A stretch of 63,349 nucleotides of DNA from a virus. Taxonomy: Duplodnaviria; Caudoviricetes. Below the pieces are notes generated by a model, which saw only the letters and a program-made list of their open reading frames with translations, was not told where the DNA came from and did no database searches. The stretch's first letter is position 1, and each line of letters starts with the position of its first letter. The stretch spans positions 1 to 63,349 of the IMG/VR virus record IMGVR_UViG_3300011115_000278; one strand, written 5' to 3'. The position numbers were made by a program, and so were the translations under genes. Positions 45,184 through 55,193 of the stretch are shown here, one piece after another.

Positions 45184-45608
45184 TGCCCAGCACAAGTAAG
45201 AAACAACATAATTTCATGGCGGCGGTGGCCAACAATCCATCCTTTGCTAAGAAAGCGGGAGTCCCACAGTCCGTGGGCAAGGACTTTAACCAAGCGGACA
45301 AGGGCCGCAAATTTGCTAAAGGTGGCGACATGAAACCAGTAGATATGAAAAAGAACCCCGGTGTAGCCAAGTTACCTACAGCCGTACGTAATAAGATGGG
45401 TTTTATGAACAAAGGCGGTATGGCTGAAGGTGGAAAATCAGACATGAAACAAGATAAAGCCATGATGCAAAAGGCTGTGAACAAACACGAAGGCCGTTTG
45501 CACAAGGGTTCACCCATGACTAAGTTGTCAAAAGGTGGTGGTATCGAGTCCAAGGGTAAAACCAAAGGCAAGATGGTTAAGATGAACATGGGCGGCGTGC
45601 CCTGCTAA
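45183..45608 (+). CDS. Basic Lys/Met/Gly-rich protein with repeated xxGG motifs
   Basis: MPSTSKKQHNFMAAVA; FAKGG, MNKGG, MAEGG, LSKGG and MNMGG. Confidence 0.7.
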   Translation: MPSTSKKQHNFMAAVANNPSFAKKAGVPQSVGKDFNQADKGRKFAKGGDMKPVDMKKNPGVAKLPTAVRNKMGFMNKGGMAEGGKSDMKQDKAMMQKAVNKHEGRLHKGSPMTKLSKGGGIESKGKTKGKMVKMNMGGVPC

Positions 45609-45619
45609 AAGGAGTTGAC

Positions 45620-46174
45620 ATGAAAAAACGGTACAACGGTGAAGATAACAGCTACATTACTTCCGAGGATAGTAATAGCGGTATGAAAGAAGCGTATGAC
45701 GTAGGTCAAGCTGAGACGCGTATTAACAATGCCAAAGAACGTATGCGGGCTGAGACTGAGGGCGCAAGAGACGAGGGCAAAATTACCGAGTCTGGAGACC
45801 AAGGTTTTGGTGGTGCGGGTTCTAGTAGAACTGTAAAAGCTACACCTAAACCTGCGGCTAAACCTGCGGCTAAACCTGCTGCCAAACCTGCGGCTAAAGA
45901 AACCGCTCGCGATACAGGTAGTGACGTATCACGTATGGCTAATCGCGGTAAACCCGCCGAAGCCCCTGTTGACGAAACAAAACTTTCTTTTGCCGAACGC
46001 CAAAAATTAAGTAATGCGCGTTCAAGAGCCGGTAGCGGTACCACCGATAGACGATCTGTTGGCGAGCGCTTAAAATCCGCATTTGGCATGAAGAGCGGTG
46101 GCTCTGTAGGTTCGGCTTCCCGTCGTGCTGATGGTATTGCTACCAAAGGTAAAACGCGCGGAAAGTACATCTAA
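45620..46174 (+). CDS. Basic low-complexity protein with AKPA repeats
   Basis: (KPAA)4, MKSGG and RADGIATKGKTRG. Confidence 0.7.
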   Translation: MKKRYNGEDNSYITSEDSNSGMKEAYDVGQAETRINNAKERMRAETEGARDEGKITESGDQGFGGAGSSRTVKATPKPAAKPAAKPAAKPAAKETARDTGSDVSRMANRGKPAEAPVDETKLSFAERQKLSNARSRAGSGTTDRRSVGERLKSAFGMKSGGSVGSASRRADGIATKGKTRGKYI

Positions 46175-46176
46175 TC

Positions 46177-46464
46177 ATGATGGCCTGTCGTGGTATGGGG
46201 GCTGTCATGCCCTCTAAAATGCCTAAAGGCGTGAAAAAAGCGCGCCGGGACGATACTGATTTCACGCAATACAAAGAGGGTGGTGAAGTGAAGTCTAAGG
46301 TAAATGAGGCTGGCAACTACACCAAACCAGAGCTACGCAAACGGATTTTTAACAGTGTTAAAGCCGCCGCAGTGCAGGGAACTGGCGCAGGTGAGTGGTC
46401 AGCCCGTAAAGCTCAGTTGATGGCTAAACGATATAAAGACGCTGGTGGGGGATACAGAGATTGA
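46177..46464 (+). CDS. Small basic protein
   Basis: NYTKP.LRK...WSARKAQL....YK..GGGY. Confidence 0.7.
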   Translation: MMACRGMGAVMPSKMPKGVKKARRDDTDFTQYKEGGEVKSKVNEAGNYTKPELRKRIFNSVKAAAVQGTGAGEWSARKAQLMAKRYKDAGGGYRD

Positions 46465-46694
46465 AAGCCCCGCAGCAATCCCTTAAAAACTGGGGCGACC
46501 AGAAATGGCGCACCAAGAGTGGAAAGCCGTCAAGCAAGACAGGTGAGCGGTACTTACCCGAGAAAGCTATCAAGTCATTATCATCACAAGAATATGCAGC
46601 CACAACCAAGGCCAAGCGCGCAGGCAAGGCGGCGGGCAAACAGTTTGTAGCTCAACCAAAATCCATTGCAAAGAAAACGGCAGGCTTTAGATGA
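46461..46694 (+). CDS. Small basic protein (DUF5872-like)
   Basis: QQSLKNW..QKWRTKSGK.S..TGERYLP. Confidence 0.65.
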   Translation: MKAPQQSLKNWGDQKWRTKSGKPSSKTGERYLPEKAIKSLSSQEYAATTKAKRAGKAAGKQFVAQPKSIAKKTAGFR

Positions 46695-47617
46695 CTACTA
46701 CCGGAACCACACTGTTCAACATGGACTTCACGGAGATTGCCGAGGAAGCGTGGGAGCGTGCGGGCCGTGAGATGCGTTCTGGTTACGACTTGCGTACAGC
46801 ACGTCGTTCAATGAATCTGATGACGATTGAGTGGCAGTCTAAGGGTATTAACATGTGGACAATGGAGCAGGGAATCATTAACCTGACTTCGGGGCTTAGC
46901 ACTTACGCCCTACCAACGGACACGATTGACCTGCTAGAACACGTCATTCGTACTGGGTCCAACACTGCGTCTACGCAGGCGGACTTAACCATTACACGCA
47001 TTAGCGTCTCTACTTATGCAACTATTCCAAACAAGCTTAGCCAAGCTCGCCCAATTCAAGTCTGGATTCAAAGACTCTCTGGCGAAACTAATCCAACGAC
47101 TGCGGTCTTGGATGGCGCGATTTCGTCAACAGCCACCACAATAACGCTTAGCACGGTAGTTGGCTTGGCTGGGGCTGGTTTTATTAGACTTGGTACAGAA
47201 GATATCTACTACACGTACGTCACTGGCAATGTGCTTGGTGGCGTGTTCCGTGGTCAGAATAACACTACGGCAGCGGCACAAACGGATGGCACTGCGGTGT
47301 TTGTGCCTCAACTACCTGCCGTAACAGTTTGGCCTACCCCTGATAACTCAACGCCCTACCAGTTCGTATACTGGAGACTCAGACGTGTTCAAGACGCTGG
47401 CGCTGGTGTAAGTACCGCCGACATGAATTTCCGCTTCCTGCCTTGTTTGGTGGCGGGCTTGGCGTATAACATTGCGGTCAAGGTCCCCGAATTAATGCCC
47501 CGAATAGAAATGCTCAAGATGATGTACAACGAGGCGTTTGAGATTGCCGCTGGAGAAGACAGAGAGAAAGCGGCCATTCGCCTTGTGCCTCGTCAACAGT
47601 TTATTGGTAGCACGTAA
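46691..47617 (+). CDS. Putative head-tail adaptor / tail tubular protein
   Basis: EEAWER...ARRSMNL...W...WPTPD..LVAGLAY, with an inserted beta domain. Confidence 0.6.
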   Translation: MTTTGTTLFNMDFTEIAEEAWERAGREMRSGYDLRTARRSMNLMTIEWQSKGINMWTMEQGIINLTSGLSTYALPTDTIDLLEHVIRTGSNTASTQADLTITRISVSTYATIPNKLSQARPIQVWIQRLSGETNPTTAVLDGAISSTATTITLSTVVGLAGAGFIRLGTEDIYYTYVTGNVLGGVFRGQNNTTAAAQTDGTAVFVPQLPAVTVWPTPDNSTPYQFVYWRLRRVQDAGAGVSTADMNFRFLPCLVAGLAYNIAVKVPELMPRIEMLKMMYNEAFEIAAGEDREKAAIRLVPRQQFIGST

Positions 47618-48000
47618 TGGGAAATAGGTTTGCATCCGGCAAAAAAGCGATTGCCATGTGCGACCGCTGTGGCCAGCAATACCTACTTAAAAAGCTTAAG
47701 ACTGAAGTTATTAAGCAGAGAAAGTATCAGTTGTTGGTTTGCCCTGAGTGCTGGGACCCCGACCAGCCTCAGTTAATGTTAGGCACCTTTCCTGTTGATG
47801 ATCCACAGGCTTTGCGTAATCCACGCAAGGACACAACGTATGTAACGGCAGGCATAAACAATATTGGTAGTTTGACCAGTGGTTCACGAGACATTCAGTG
47901 GGGCTGGGCACCCGTGGGCGGGTCTAGATTAAATGATGCAGGATTGACACCAAACTACTTGGTGGCAACGACAAATGTTGGTACAGTAACGATATCTTAA
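47617..48000 (+). CDS. Zn-finger-containing hypothetical protein
   Basis: CDRC...CPEC. Confidence 0.7.
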   Translation: MGNRFASGKKAIAMCDRCGQQYLLKKLKTEVIKQRKYQLLVCPECWDPDQPQLMLGTFPVDDPQALRNPRKDTTYVTAGINNIGSLTSGSRDIQWGWAPVGGSRLNDAGLTPNYLVATTNVGTVTIS

Positions 48001-48011
48001 GGAGTTTAAAC

Positions 48012-48200
48012 ATGGCATATACAAAATCAGCAGACGGCATTACTAAAAAAAGTAAGACTGATGCTCAAATCTTTTCTACTAGCGGCCCTTCTCAAAAAGA
48101 AATGATGGGCGGCAAGGGTAAAGGTAAAGGCAAAACCAACGCCGATATGCTGTCTATGGGTCGTAACTTGGCAAAAATTGCCGCACAGAAACGAGGCTAA
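48012..48200 (+). CDS. Small basic protein
   Basis: 62 aa; SD AAGGAG. Confidence 0.65.
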   Translation: MAYTKSADGITKKSKTDAQIFSTSGPSQKEMMGGKGKGKGKTNADMLSMGRNLAKIAAQKRG

Positions 48201-48202
48201 TC

Positions 48203-48466
48203 ATGGCTACATTTAGCAAAAAAATAATGGGTAAAGAAGTTGGCGATGCTGCGGTCTACGCTACACCCCATACTATGACTGGTAAAGTTGTTACGGCTTC
48301 CGATAACCCCGGTTCTGGCCCAAATCACAATGATGCAAACACAGTCAATATGTCTGTGGGCAACATTAATCGTCGTGCACAGCCAGCAGCTAAAACAACT
48401 GGCATCAAAATGCGCGGTACTGGCGCGGCCACCAAAGGTTTGATGTCTCGCGGCCCAATGGCTTAA
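48203..48466 (+). CDS. Small basic protein
   Basis: Ends MRGTGAATKGLMSRGPMA. Confidence 0.65.
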   Translation: MATFSKKIMGKEVGDAAVYATPHTMTGKVVTASDNPGSGPNHNDANTVNMSVGNINRRAQPAAKTTGIKMRGTGAATKGLMSRGPMA

Positions 48467-48469
48467 ATT

Positions 48470-49321
48470 ATGACAATGACATACGCTCAACTTGTAGCTG
48501 CGGTAACTGATTACACGCAGAACACGTTTGACACGACTACGATTAATACGTTAATCCAGCAGGCGGAGCAGCGCATCTATAACACGGTGCAGATTGCTAA
48601 CTTGCGGAAGAATGTCACGGGCGTATTAACAAGCGGCAATAAGTACTTGGCTTGTCCTAATGATTTTTTATCAACGTACAGCCTTGCTGTTTACCCGTAT
48701 AACGCTACAACGGCTACTGGAACATCTGGGGCTAAAACAATTGTTGTAGCAAGTACAACTGGTATCGCTGTAGGTCAACAGGTCACTGGGACTAACATTG
48801 GTACAAACGCATTTGTTAGAAGCATTGCCAGCACAACAATTACCTTGACTGTGGCTAACAGCGGTACGGTAAACGGCGCTGTTGTGTTCCAAGGTGACTA
48901 TCTGTACTTGTTAAACAAAGATGTTAATTTCATACGTGATGCGTATCCATTTACCTCAATGGTATCTGAGCCTAAACACTACGCCATCTTTGGCCCGCAG
49001 TCAGCCAATGTGAATGAGTTGTCGTTTATTCTTGGCCCTACGCCGGATGCTAACTACTACGCAGAACTGCACTATTATTACTATCCAGAGTCTATTGTTA
49101 CTGCCTTAACCACATGGTTGGGTGATAACTTTGACTCTGCATTGCTGTATGGAACTCTGTGCGAAGCTGGTGTTTACATGAAAAGCGCACCTGAAGACGG
49201 TATGTACAAGACGTACCAAGAACGGTACGTTCAGGCTATTGCTCTTCTCAAGAACTTGGGTGACGGCAAACAAAGAATGGATGCGTACAGAGATGGTCAA
49301 GTTAGGGTGGCAGTATCGTGA
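48470..49321 (+). CDS. Putative tail adaptor/tubular protein
   Basis: I.QAEQRI...GPTPD..Y...LLYG.L.EA pattern. Confidence 0.6.
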   Translation: MTMTYAQLVAAVTDYTQNTFDTTTINTLIQQAEQRIYNTVQIANLRKNVTGVLTSGNKYLACPNDFLSTYSLAVYPYNATTATGTSGAKTIVVASTTGIAVGQQVTGTNIGTNAFVRSIASTTITLTVANSGTVNGAVVFQGDYLYLLNKDVNFIRDAYPFTSMVSEPKHYAIFGPQSANVNELSFILGPTPDANYYAELHYYYYPESIVTALTTWLGDNFDSALLYGTLCEAGVYMKSAPEDGMYKTYQERYVQAIALLKNLGDGKQRMDAYRDGQVRVAVS

Positions 49322-49731
49322 GTATTCTTCAAACTCAAACGACCAGCTTTAAGACAGAGCTATACACAGGCGTTCATAACCTATCTACCAATACGTTAAA
49401 GATTGCCCTGTATACGGCTGCGGCTGATTTAAACGAAGCTACCACTGTGTACAGTGCAACCAATGAAGTCACCGGAACTGGATACGTTGCAGGCGGGGTG
49501 GCCTTGACGGGCGTAACCATTAGCTCATCTGGGTATACGGCTTATGTAGATTTTTCTGATGTAGTGTTTGGCGCATCGGTGACGGCTCGTTGTGCGTTGA
49601 TTTATAACGTCACGCAGGGTAACAAATCCATAGCTGTGTTGGACTTTGGGTCTGACAAAACATCTACCAATTTCACCATCACAATGCCTGCTAACTCAGC
49701 AACGGCGGCATTGATTCGTTCTTCTAACTAA
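49318..49731 (+). CDS. Tail structural protein
   Basis: SFK.EL..G.H....KIALY..NEV.GTGY.AGG..ALIYN..AVLDFG. Confidence 0.65.
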   Translation: MSILQTQTTSFKTELYTGVHNLSTNTLKIALYTAAADLNEATTVYSATNEVTGTGYVAGGVALTGVTISSSGYTAYVDFSDVVFGASVTARCALIYNVTQGNKSIAVLDFGSDKTSTNFTITMPANSATAALIRSSN

Positions 49732-49740
49732 GGAGTCACC

Positions 49741-50304
49741 ATGACTATCGACAAAATTACCGCTACCGATAAAGTGGAAGCGATGACCAAATACAACGCA
49801 ATGCCTGAAGACACTATGTCTATTCACGGTACTTACCACGCTGTTTGCTACAGCCAAGATGGTTTTATCAAGTGGGAAGATGAGATTAAAAACTTGGTCA
49901 CTACAGTGGGTAAGAACTTTACACTAGATACAACTCTGGGTAACGTAGCTGGCGGTGCAGTTGTGATGGGTCTTAAAGGCACAGGAACGGCAGTTGTAGC
50001 TGATACTCAAGCTTCTCACGCAAGCTGGTTAGAGGTGGGTGGTACTAATGCTCCCGCATATTCAGGCAACCGTCCTACACCATCATTTAGCGCGGCTTCT
50101 TCTGGTAGTAAGGCTACATCTTCTGCTGTGTCGTTCTCTATTACCAGCACCGGAAACGTCTTTGGATGCTTCATTAACATTGGCGGTAGCGCAACCAAAG
50201 ATTCAACCACTGGCACATTGTTCTCCGCTGGTGACTTTTCTAGTTCTAAATCTGTGATTAACGGCGACACAATTGCTGTTACTTACACTGCTACATTGAC
50301 CTAA
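49741..50304 (+). CDS. Tail/fibre-base structural protein
   Basis: NLVTTVGKN...GDTI.VTY. Confidence 0.6.
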   Translation: MTIDKITATDKVEAMTKYNAMPEDTMSIHGTYHAVCYSQDGFIKWEDEIKNLVTTVGKNFTLDTTLGNVAGGAVVMGLKGTGTAVVADTQASHASWLEVGGTNAPAYSGNRPTPSFSAASSGSKATSSAVSFSITSTGNVFGCFINIGGSATKDSTTGTLFSAGDFSSSKSVINGDTIAVTYTATLT

Positions 50305-50306
50305 AA

Positions 50307-51323
50307 ATGGCTGGAGCCGCTTGGGGTGATAATGCTTGGGGCGACTTGGGTTGGGGTGGAGTTACCACCTATCAAGAGAGCGTTACTGAGTATTTAACCC
50401 CAGCTACGGCTTGGGGGGCTAACACTTGGGGAGATAATCCTTGGGGCGGTACAGTCCCCATGTTTGATACTCAAGAGGCTACGGTAGCGTTTAACGATTC
50501 AGTATCAGAAACAGCGGCTATAACGGAAAGCCAGACGGTAACTACAGCATTTAATGGGTCAGTTACAGAAACTGCGGCTATCACGGATTCCAATACGGCT
50601 ATAACAGCTTATGGAGAGTCAGTCACTGAAACAGCGGTAACTTCAACCACAGAATCAGTTACAACAGTTTTTATTGCATCTATAACGGAAACGGCGGCTA
50701 CATCTACAACTGAAGAAGTAGCGGCAACATTTGCCGTATCCAGAACTGAAGTTGCGGTGACATCTACAGCCGAAGTCGTAGCGGCTACGTTTGCCGGAGA
50801 TGTTACGGAAACTGCGGCTCTAACAGACGCTAACACAGCCATTACGTCATACAACGAATCAGTTGCAGAAACCGTAGTTACAAGCACAACCGAATCAGCT
50901 ACAGCTATTTTCTCTGAGTCAGTTACAGAAACTGCTGGTATTGCCACGGTTGAAGAGGCTGTAGCCACGTTCCTTGAAAATGTTACTGATTCCATTGCAA
51001 TAGCAGAGGTGGCTCTTGCTACCTTAATTGTGACCATTACGGAAACGATGGCTACGTCTGACTCAACAACAGTTGGAACGTATTACACAGAATTTATTGC
51101 AGAGCTTGCGGCTATCACAGATAATCCTGTAGCGGCAACAACGTATTCTGCAAGCAGGTCTGAAACGGCGGCAATTACAGAAACAAATGGTGGACGATTC
51201 TTGTGGGAAATTATTAATGACACACAGGGCGTTACATGGCAAAATATCAGCAATCCACAAACACCGGGCTGGGCTGATGTGAATAATACTGAAGTTCCCG
51301 GTTGGACAGTAATTTCTACTTAG
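50307..51323 (+). CDS. Thr/Ala/Glu-rich protein with about twelve 20-aa repeats
   Basis: Two WG-rich N-terminal repeats, then (F/Y)xxSVTETAAxTxxxxxxTx units. Confidence 0.7.
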   Translation: MAGAAWGDNAWGDLGWGGVTTYQESVTEYLTPATAWGANTWGDNPWGGTVPMFDTQEATVAFNDSVSETAAITESQTVTTAFNGSVTETAAITDSNTAITAYGESVTETAVTSTTESVTTVFIASITETAATSTTEEVAATFAVSRTEVAVTSTAEVVAATFAGDVTETAALTDANTAITSYNESVAETVVTSTTESATAIFSESVTETAGIATVEEAVATFLENVTDSIAIAEVALATLIVTITETMATSDSTTVGTYYTEFIAELAAITDNPVAATTYSASRSETAAITETNGGRFLWEIINDTQGVTWQNISNPQTPGWADVNNTEVPGWTVIST

Positions 51324-51335
51324 TAGGAGCAATAG

Positions 51336-52151
51336 ATGGCAAATACATCCCTAATCGGTTTAACCCTTCCAGTTACGGGCACTCAGTCCGGGCAATGGGG
51401 CGACACAGTTAACAACGCCATCTCACAGATTATTGACGTTGCGGTGGCGGGTACACAGACTATCTCTGCTGATGCAGACATTACGCTGACCTTAACTACT
51501 GGTACATACGCAAGTACAGGTCTAACGGCTAATAGTTCACAGTACGCAGTTCTTCTGTGGACGGCGGCTGGCACGGTCACTCGCACAATTACAGTCCCTG
51601 CCCAGTCTAAAACCTACGTGGTGATTAACAAAAGTAGCACCCAATCAATCATTGTCATAGGTACAACCGGAACGGGTGTTACTGTGGTCGCGGGTACGCG
51701 GGCTATCGTGGCTTGGGATGGTACTAACTTTGTTAATGTGGGCGGTGGCTCTGCGGCTGGCTCTAACACGCAGGTTCAGTTTAATAGTTCTGGTGCTTTT
51801 GGCGCTTCTTCTAGCCTGACATGGAACGGCACAACGCTGACATCCACAGGTTTTGGTGGCCCCATTAACGGTACTGTAGGTGCAACCACTCCAGCAACTG
51901 GTGCGTTTACAACGGTTACAACCACATCAGCTATCGCTTATAACTACGGCGGTACAGGCCAGTCAAGTTTGTTTAATCAGTGGGGCGTAACTTACGCATC
52001 TACTACGGGCGTATTAGCTACCACGGCGGCTGGTACAACTGGTCAAGTTTTAACGGCTACTACAGGTGGCGCTCCCACTTGGGCAACTGCGGCGGCTACT
52101 GGCGCTACTCGCGGTCAAGCAGTGGCAATGGCTCTCGTCTTTGGTCTATAA
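51336..52151 (+). CDS. Tail fibre protein
   Basis: G.WG.TVN, GSNTQVQFNSSGAFG, GATTP.TG.FT and GQVLT motifs. Confidence 0.7.
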   Translation: MANTSLIGLTLPVTGTQSGQWGDTVNNAISQIIDVAVAGTQTISADADITLTLTTGTYASTGLTANSSQYAVLLWTAAGTVTRTITVPAQSKTYVVINKSSTQSIIVIGTTGTGVTVVAGTRAIVAWDGTNFVNVGGGSAAGSNTQVQFNSSGAFGASSSLTWNGTTLTSTGFGGPINGTVGATTPATGAFTTVTTTSAIAYNYGGTGQSSLFNQWGVTYASTTGVLATTAAGTTGQVLTATTGGAPTWATAAATGATRGQAVAMALVFGL

Positions 52152-52160
52152 GGAAACATC

Positions 52161-52538
52161 ATGGCAAATCCCAATCTTGCTGGCACATCAACCACAATCT
52201 ACGGCGTAACAACCTATTTAACACCCGGCACAACGGCGGCTACGGTTTTGTTATCTAATGCGGCTTCTAGCAGCACGGTAATGAAAATCAACCAGATTGT
52301 TGCGTCTAATGTAACTGGTTCTGCGGCAGTCAATGTCACAGTAGCTATTAACAACTTAGCGGCTGGCGCTGGTACGGCTTTCCCAGTTGCATCAATAGTT
52401 TCAGTGCCGCAAGCCGCTTCATTGATTGTTGTAGATAAAACAACGGCTATTTATTTGATGGAAAACTCTTCTATCACTGTTACATCTGGCACAGCCAGCG
52501 GCATTACTTACAGCATCAGCTATGAGTTGATAGCATAA
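52161..52538 (+). CDS. Tail fibre-associated beta-sandwich protein
   Basis: MANPN...SYE.I; 125 aa. Confidence 0.6.
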   Translation: MANPNLAGTSTTIYGVTTYLTPGTTAATVLLSNAASSSTVMKINQIVASNVTGSAAVNVTVAINNLAAGAGTAFPVASIVSVPQAASLIVVDKTTAIYLMENSSITVTSGTASGITYSISYELIA

Positions 52539-52549
52539 TTGGAGGTCTT

Positions 52550-53467
52550 ATGGGACTCCGATACACGGGAAACATTGTCTCTGCTGGGCGTAACGGCATT
52601 AACTTCCCTGTCACATCGGTGGAATACTTATGTGTGGCTGGCGGGGGTGGTGGTGCGGGTGGAAATAATAGTGGTGGTACTGGTGGAGGCGGTGCGGGTG
52701 GCTTATTAACCGCTACTGGATATTCTGTCACTATTGGCTCTGCCATCACAATTACCATTGGTGCTGGTGGTGCTGGTGGTGCAACTGCTAGCTATCCTAG
52801 TTCTTTTAATGCTGGAGCATCTGGCACAGACTCTACAATTGTTGGTGGCACAACTATTACAGCCGTAGGTGGTGGTAGAGGTGGATTTACTTCATCACCA
52901 TTGCCAACAACAGGCGGTTCTGGTGGAGGTTATGGTAGTGATTCCACAACTGCAACGGCTATTGCTGGCACATCAGGTCAAGGATTTGCAGGAGGTGCAA
53001 TAGTTTCAACATCACCAGCATCATCTTCTGGCTCTGGTGGTGGCGGTAGCGGTTCAGTTGGAAATCCAAATAGTAGTACAGGGTTTTCTGGTGGTGGCGG
53101 TGCGGGTACTGTTTCATCTATTTCAGGCTTACAAATTCAATATGCTGGAGGCGGTGGTGGTGGCGCATACGGCATTTTGTCTAATACAGCACCCGGTTTA
53201 GGTGGCGGTGGTGGTGGGGGTAATGGTGGAGTTACTACAACTAATCCTACCTCTGGGTTGTCTAATACAGGCGGTGGTGGAGGCGGTGGTGGTTCGGGTG
53301 CTACAGGAAGTCAATCTAATGGAGGTTCAGGCGGCTCTGGCATCGTAATCCTACGCTACCCATCTTACTTAGCCCCTGCTACATCTACGACAGGCAATCC
53401 TGAAACTTATGTGACTGGCCCTTGGCGTGTTTATCGCTTTGTAGCATCAGGCACGATTACATTCTGA
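52550..53467 (+). CDS. Glycine-rich domain protein 1 (putative receptor-binding protein)
   Basis: VEYLCVAGGG...GGSGIVILRYP..SGTITF. Confidence 0.7.
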   Translation: MGLRYTGNIVSAGRNGINFPVTSVEYLCVAGGGGGAGGNNSGGTGGGGAGGLLTATGYSVTIGSAITITIGAGGAGGATASYPSSFNAGASGTDSTIVGGTTITAVGGGRGGFTSSPLPTTGGSGGGYGSDSTTATAIAGTSGQGFAGGAIVSTSPASSSGSGGGGSGSVGNPNSSTGFSGGGGAGTVSSISGLQIQYAGGGGGGAYGILSNTAPGLGGGGGGGNGGVTTTNPTSGLSNTGGGGGGGGSGATGSQSNGGSGGSGIVILRYPSYLAPATSTTGNPETYVTGPWRVYRFVASGTITF

Positions 53468-53473
53468 GGATAT

Positions 53474-55192
53474 ATGGCACAAGGTCTTTTTACACTCAGA
53501 CAAGTTAACCAAGCCATTCGTCAAGGCGCATGGTCAGCATTTAATCCACCTCAGTGGGTTGAGTACCTTTGCGTTGCTGGTGGTGGTGCGGGGGGTTGTG
53601 GAAACGCTTCTGGCGGCGGCGCTGGCGGTCTTTTAACAGGCATGGTTCCCGTTACTGCGGGTACTTCTTATACGGTAACTGTTGGCGCTGGTGGCCCTCA
53701 ACAAAATACACAAACGACAGGAGCCTCACCTTCTGGCAATAATTCAGTATTTTCAACTATTACAACAGTAGGTGGAGGCGGAGGTGGCGGTGCGTCATTT
53801 GCAGGAGGTAACGGTGGTTCTGGCGGCGGCGCTGGAGGTTATATTGGCCCATTAGTATATGGACTTGGGATTATTGGGCAAGGTAATGATGGCGGAAGAA
53901 ATTCTACTAGCGGAACAGACCGTTCTGGTAGTGGCGGCGGAGGCGCTGGAACCGTAGGATTATCTGAGGCTGAATTTGATAAAGCTAGACAAGGCGGCGC
54001 AGGGATTGCTTCTGCTATATCTGGAACTGTAACAACATACGCTGGCGGTGGCGGTGGAGGTTCTAGGACTGGTGGTGGTGCTTCAGGCGGTGTCGGAGGT
54101 GGCGGTGCGGGTGGCACTAATTACGGTGACAACGGCACAGCAGGAACAGCCAATACAGGTGGCGGCGGTGGTGGAGGTGCGGCGGCTGGCCCTTCTTATG
54201 GCGGTGCAGGCGGTTCAGGCATCGTAATAGTCAGATACCCCGGCTCTGTGCAGTTTTACACTGGTGGAACTGTTACTTTAAGCGGCATTAGCCCTAATGG
54301 GTATTTTGTTGTTCATACGTTTACCTCTGGCGGTACGTTGGCCCCAACAACGCCTACAAACTTAGCCCCTTCATTACCCGCAAACACAACGGTTTTCTAT
54401 ACATCAGGTGTATGGGTTGCTCCTGTCGGTGCTACGCAAGTTGAATATCTTGTAGTTGCTGGTGGCGGTGCTGGTGGTTCTGATTATGGCGGCGGAGGCG
54501 GTGCTGGTGGATTTTTAACTGGTACTGGATTAGCCGTTACCGCTGGAAATTCTTATGCAGTAACAGTAGGTGCTGGTGGAAATGCTGGCGCACCAAGGCC
54601 CACTGGTGGTAGCGGCGGTTCTATTGGTAATGGTACTGCTGGTAATAATTCTATTTTGGTTGGTCAATCAAGCACTATTACCGCAACTGGTGGCGGGTTT
54701 GGCACTGCGGTTAATACAAGTGGTGGTGGTGCTGGCGGTTCTGGTGGAGGCACTGGTGGTAATAGCGGCTCTACATTAGCAGGAGGTACGGCAACAGCCA
54801 GCCCAGCGCAAGGAAATAACGGTGGCGCAAATAATCTTAATAGTCCATACCCATCTGGCGGCGGAGGAGGCGCTTCCGCAGTTGGTGGCACTGGCACGGG
54901 TAGCACAAGCGGTAGCGGTGGGGCGGGAACGGCATCCACTTTAATTGGCGCTTCTGTAACTTATGCGGGCGGCGGTGGCGGCGGTTCTGGCGCTCAAGGC
55001 GGAACTCCGGGTACAGGCGGTGCTGGCGGCGGTGGAAATGCTGGAACAAATTCACCAACAGCGTTTACAGGAGTTAGCGGCACTGTTAACACTGGCGGAG
55101 GCGGAGGCGGAGGCGGATATTCCACTGCTCTTGATGCCTACGGTAGTGGCGGTAACGGCGGCTCTGGCATTGTGATTATTAAATGGAGTTGA
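53474..55192 (+). CDS. Glycine-rich domain protein 2 (two domains)
   Basis: Two VEYLxVAGGG...GGSGIVI units. Confidence 0.7.
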   Translation: MAQGLFTLRQVNQAIRQGAWSAFNPPQWVEYLCVAGGGAGGCGNASGGGAGGLLTGMVPVTAGTSYTVTVGAGGPQQNTQTTGASPSGNNSVFSTITTVGGGGGGGASFAGGNGGSGGGAGGYIGPLVYGLGIIGQGNDGGRNSTSGTDRSGSGGGGAGTVGLSEAEFDKARQGGAGIASAISGTVTTYAGGGGGGSRTGGGASGGVGGGGAGGTNYGDNGTAGTANTGGGGGGGAAAGPSYGGAGGSGIVIVRYPGSVQFYTGGTVTLSGISPNGYFVVHTFTSGGTLAPTTPTNLAPSLPANTTVFYTSGVWVAPVGATQVEYLVVAGGGAGGSDYGGGGGAGGFLTGTGLAVTAGNSYAVTVGAGGNAGAPRPTGGSGGSIGNGTAGNNSILVGQSSTITATGGGFGTAVNTSGGGAGGSGGGTGGNSGSTLAGGTATASPAQGNNGGANNLNSPYPSGGGGGASAVGGTGTGSTSGSGGAGTASTLIGASVTYAGGGGGGSGAQGGTPGTGGAGGGGNAGTNSPTAFTGVSGTVNTGGGGGGGGYSTALDAYGSGGNGGSGIVIIKWS

Positions 55193-55193
55193 A

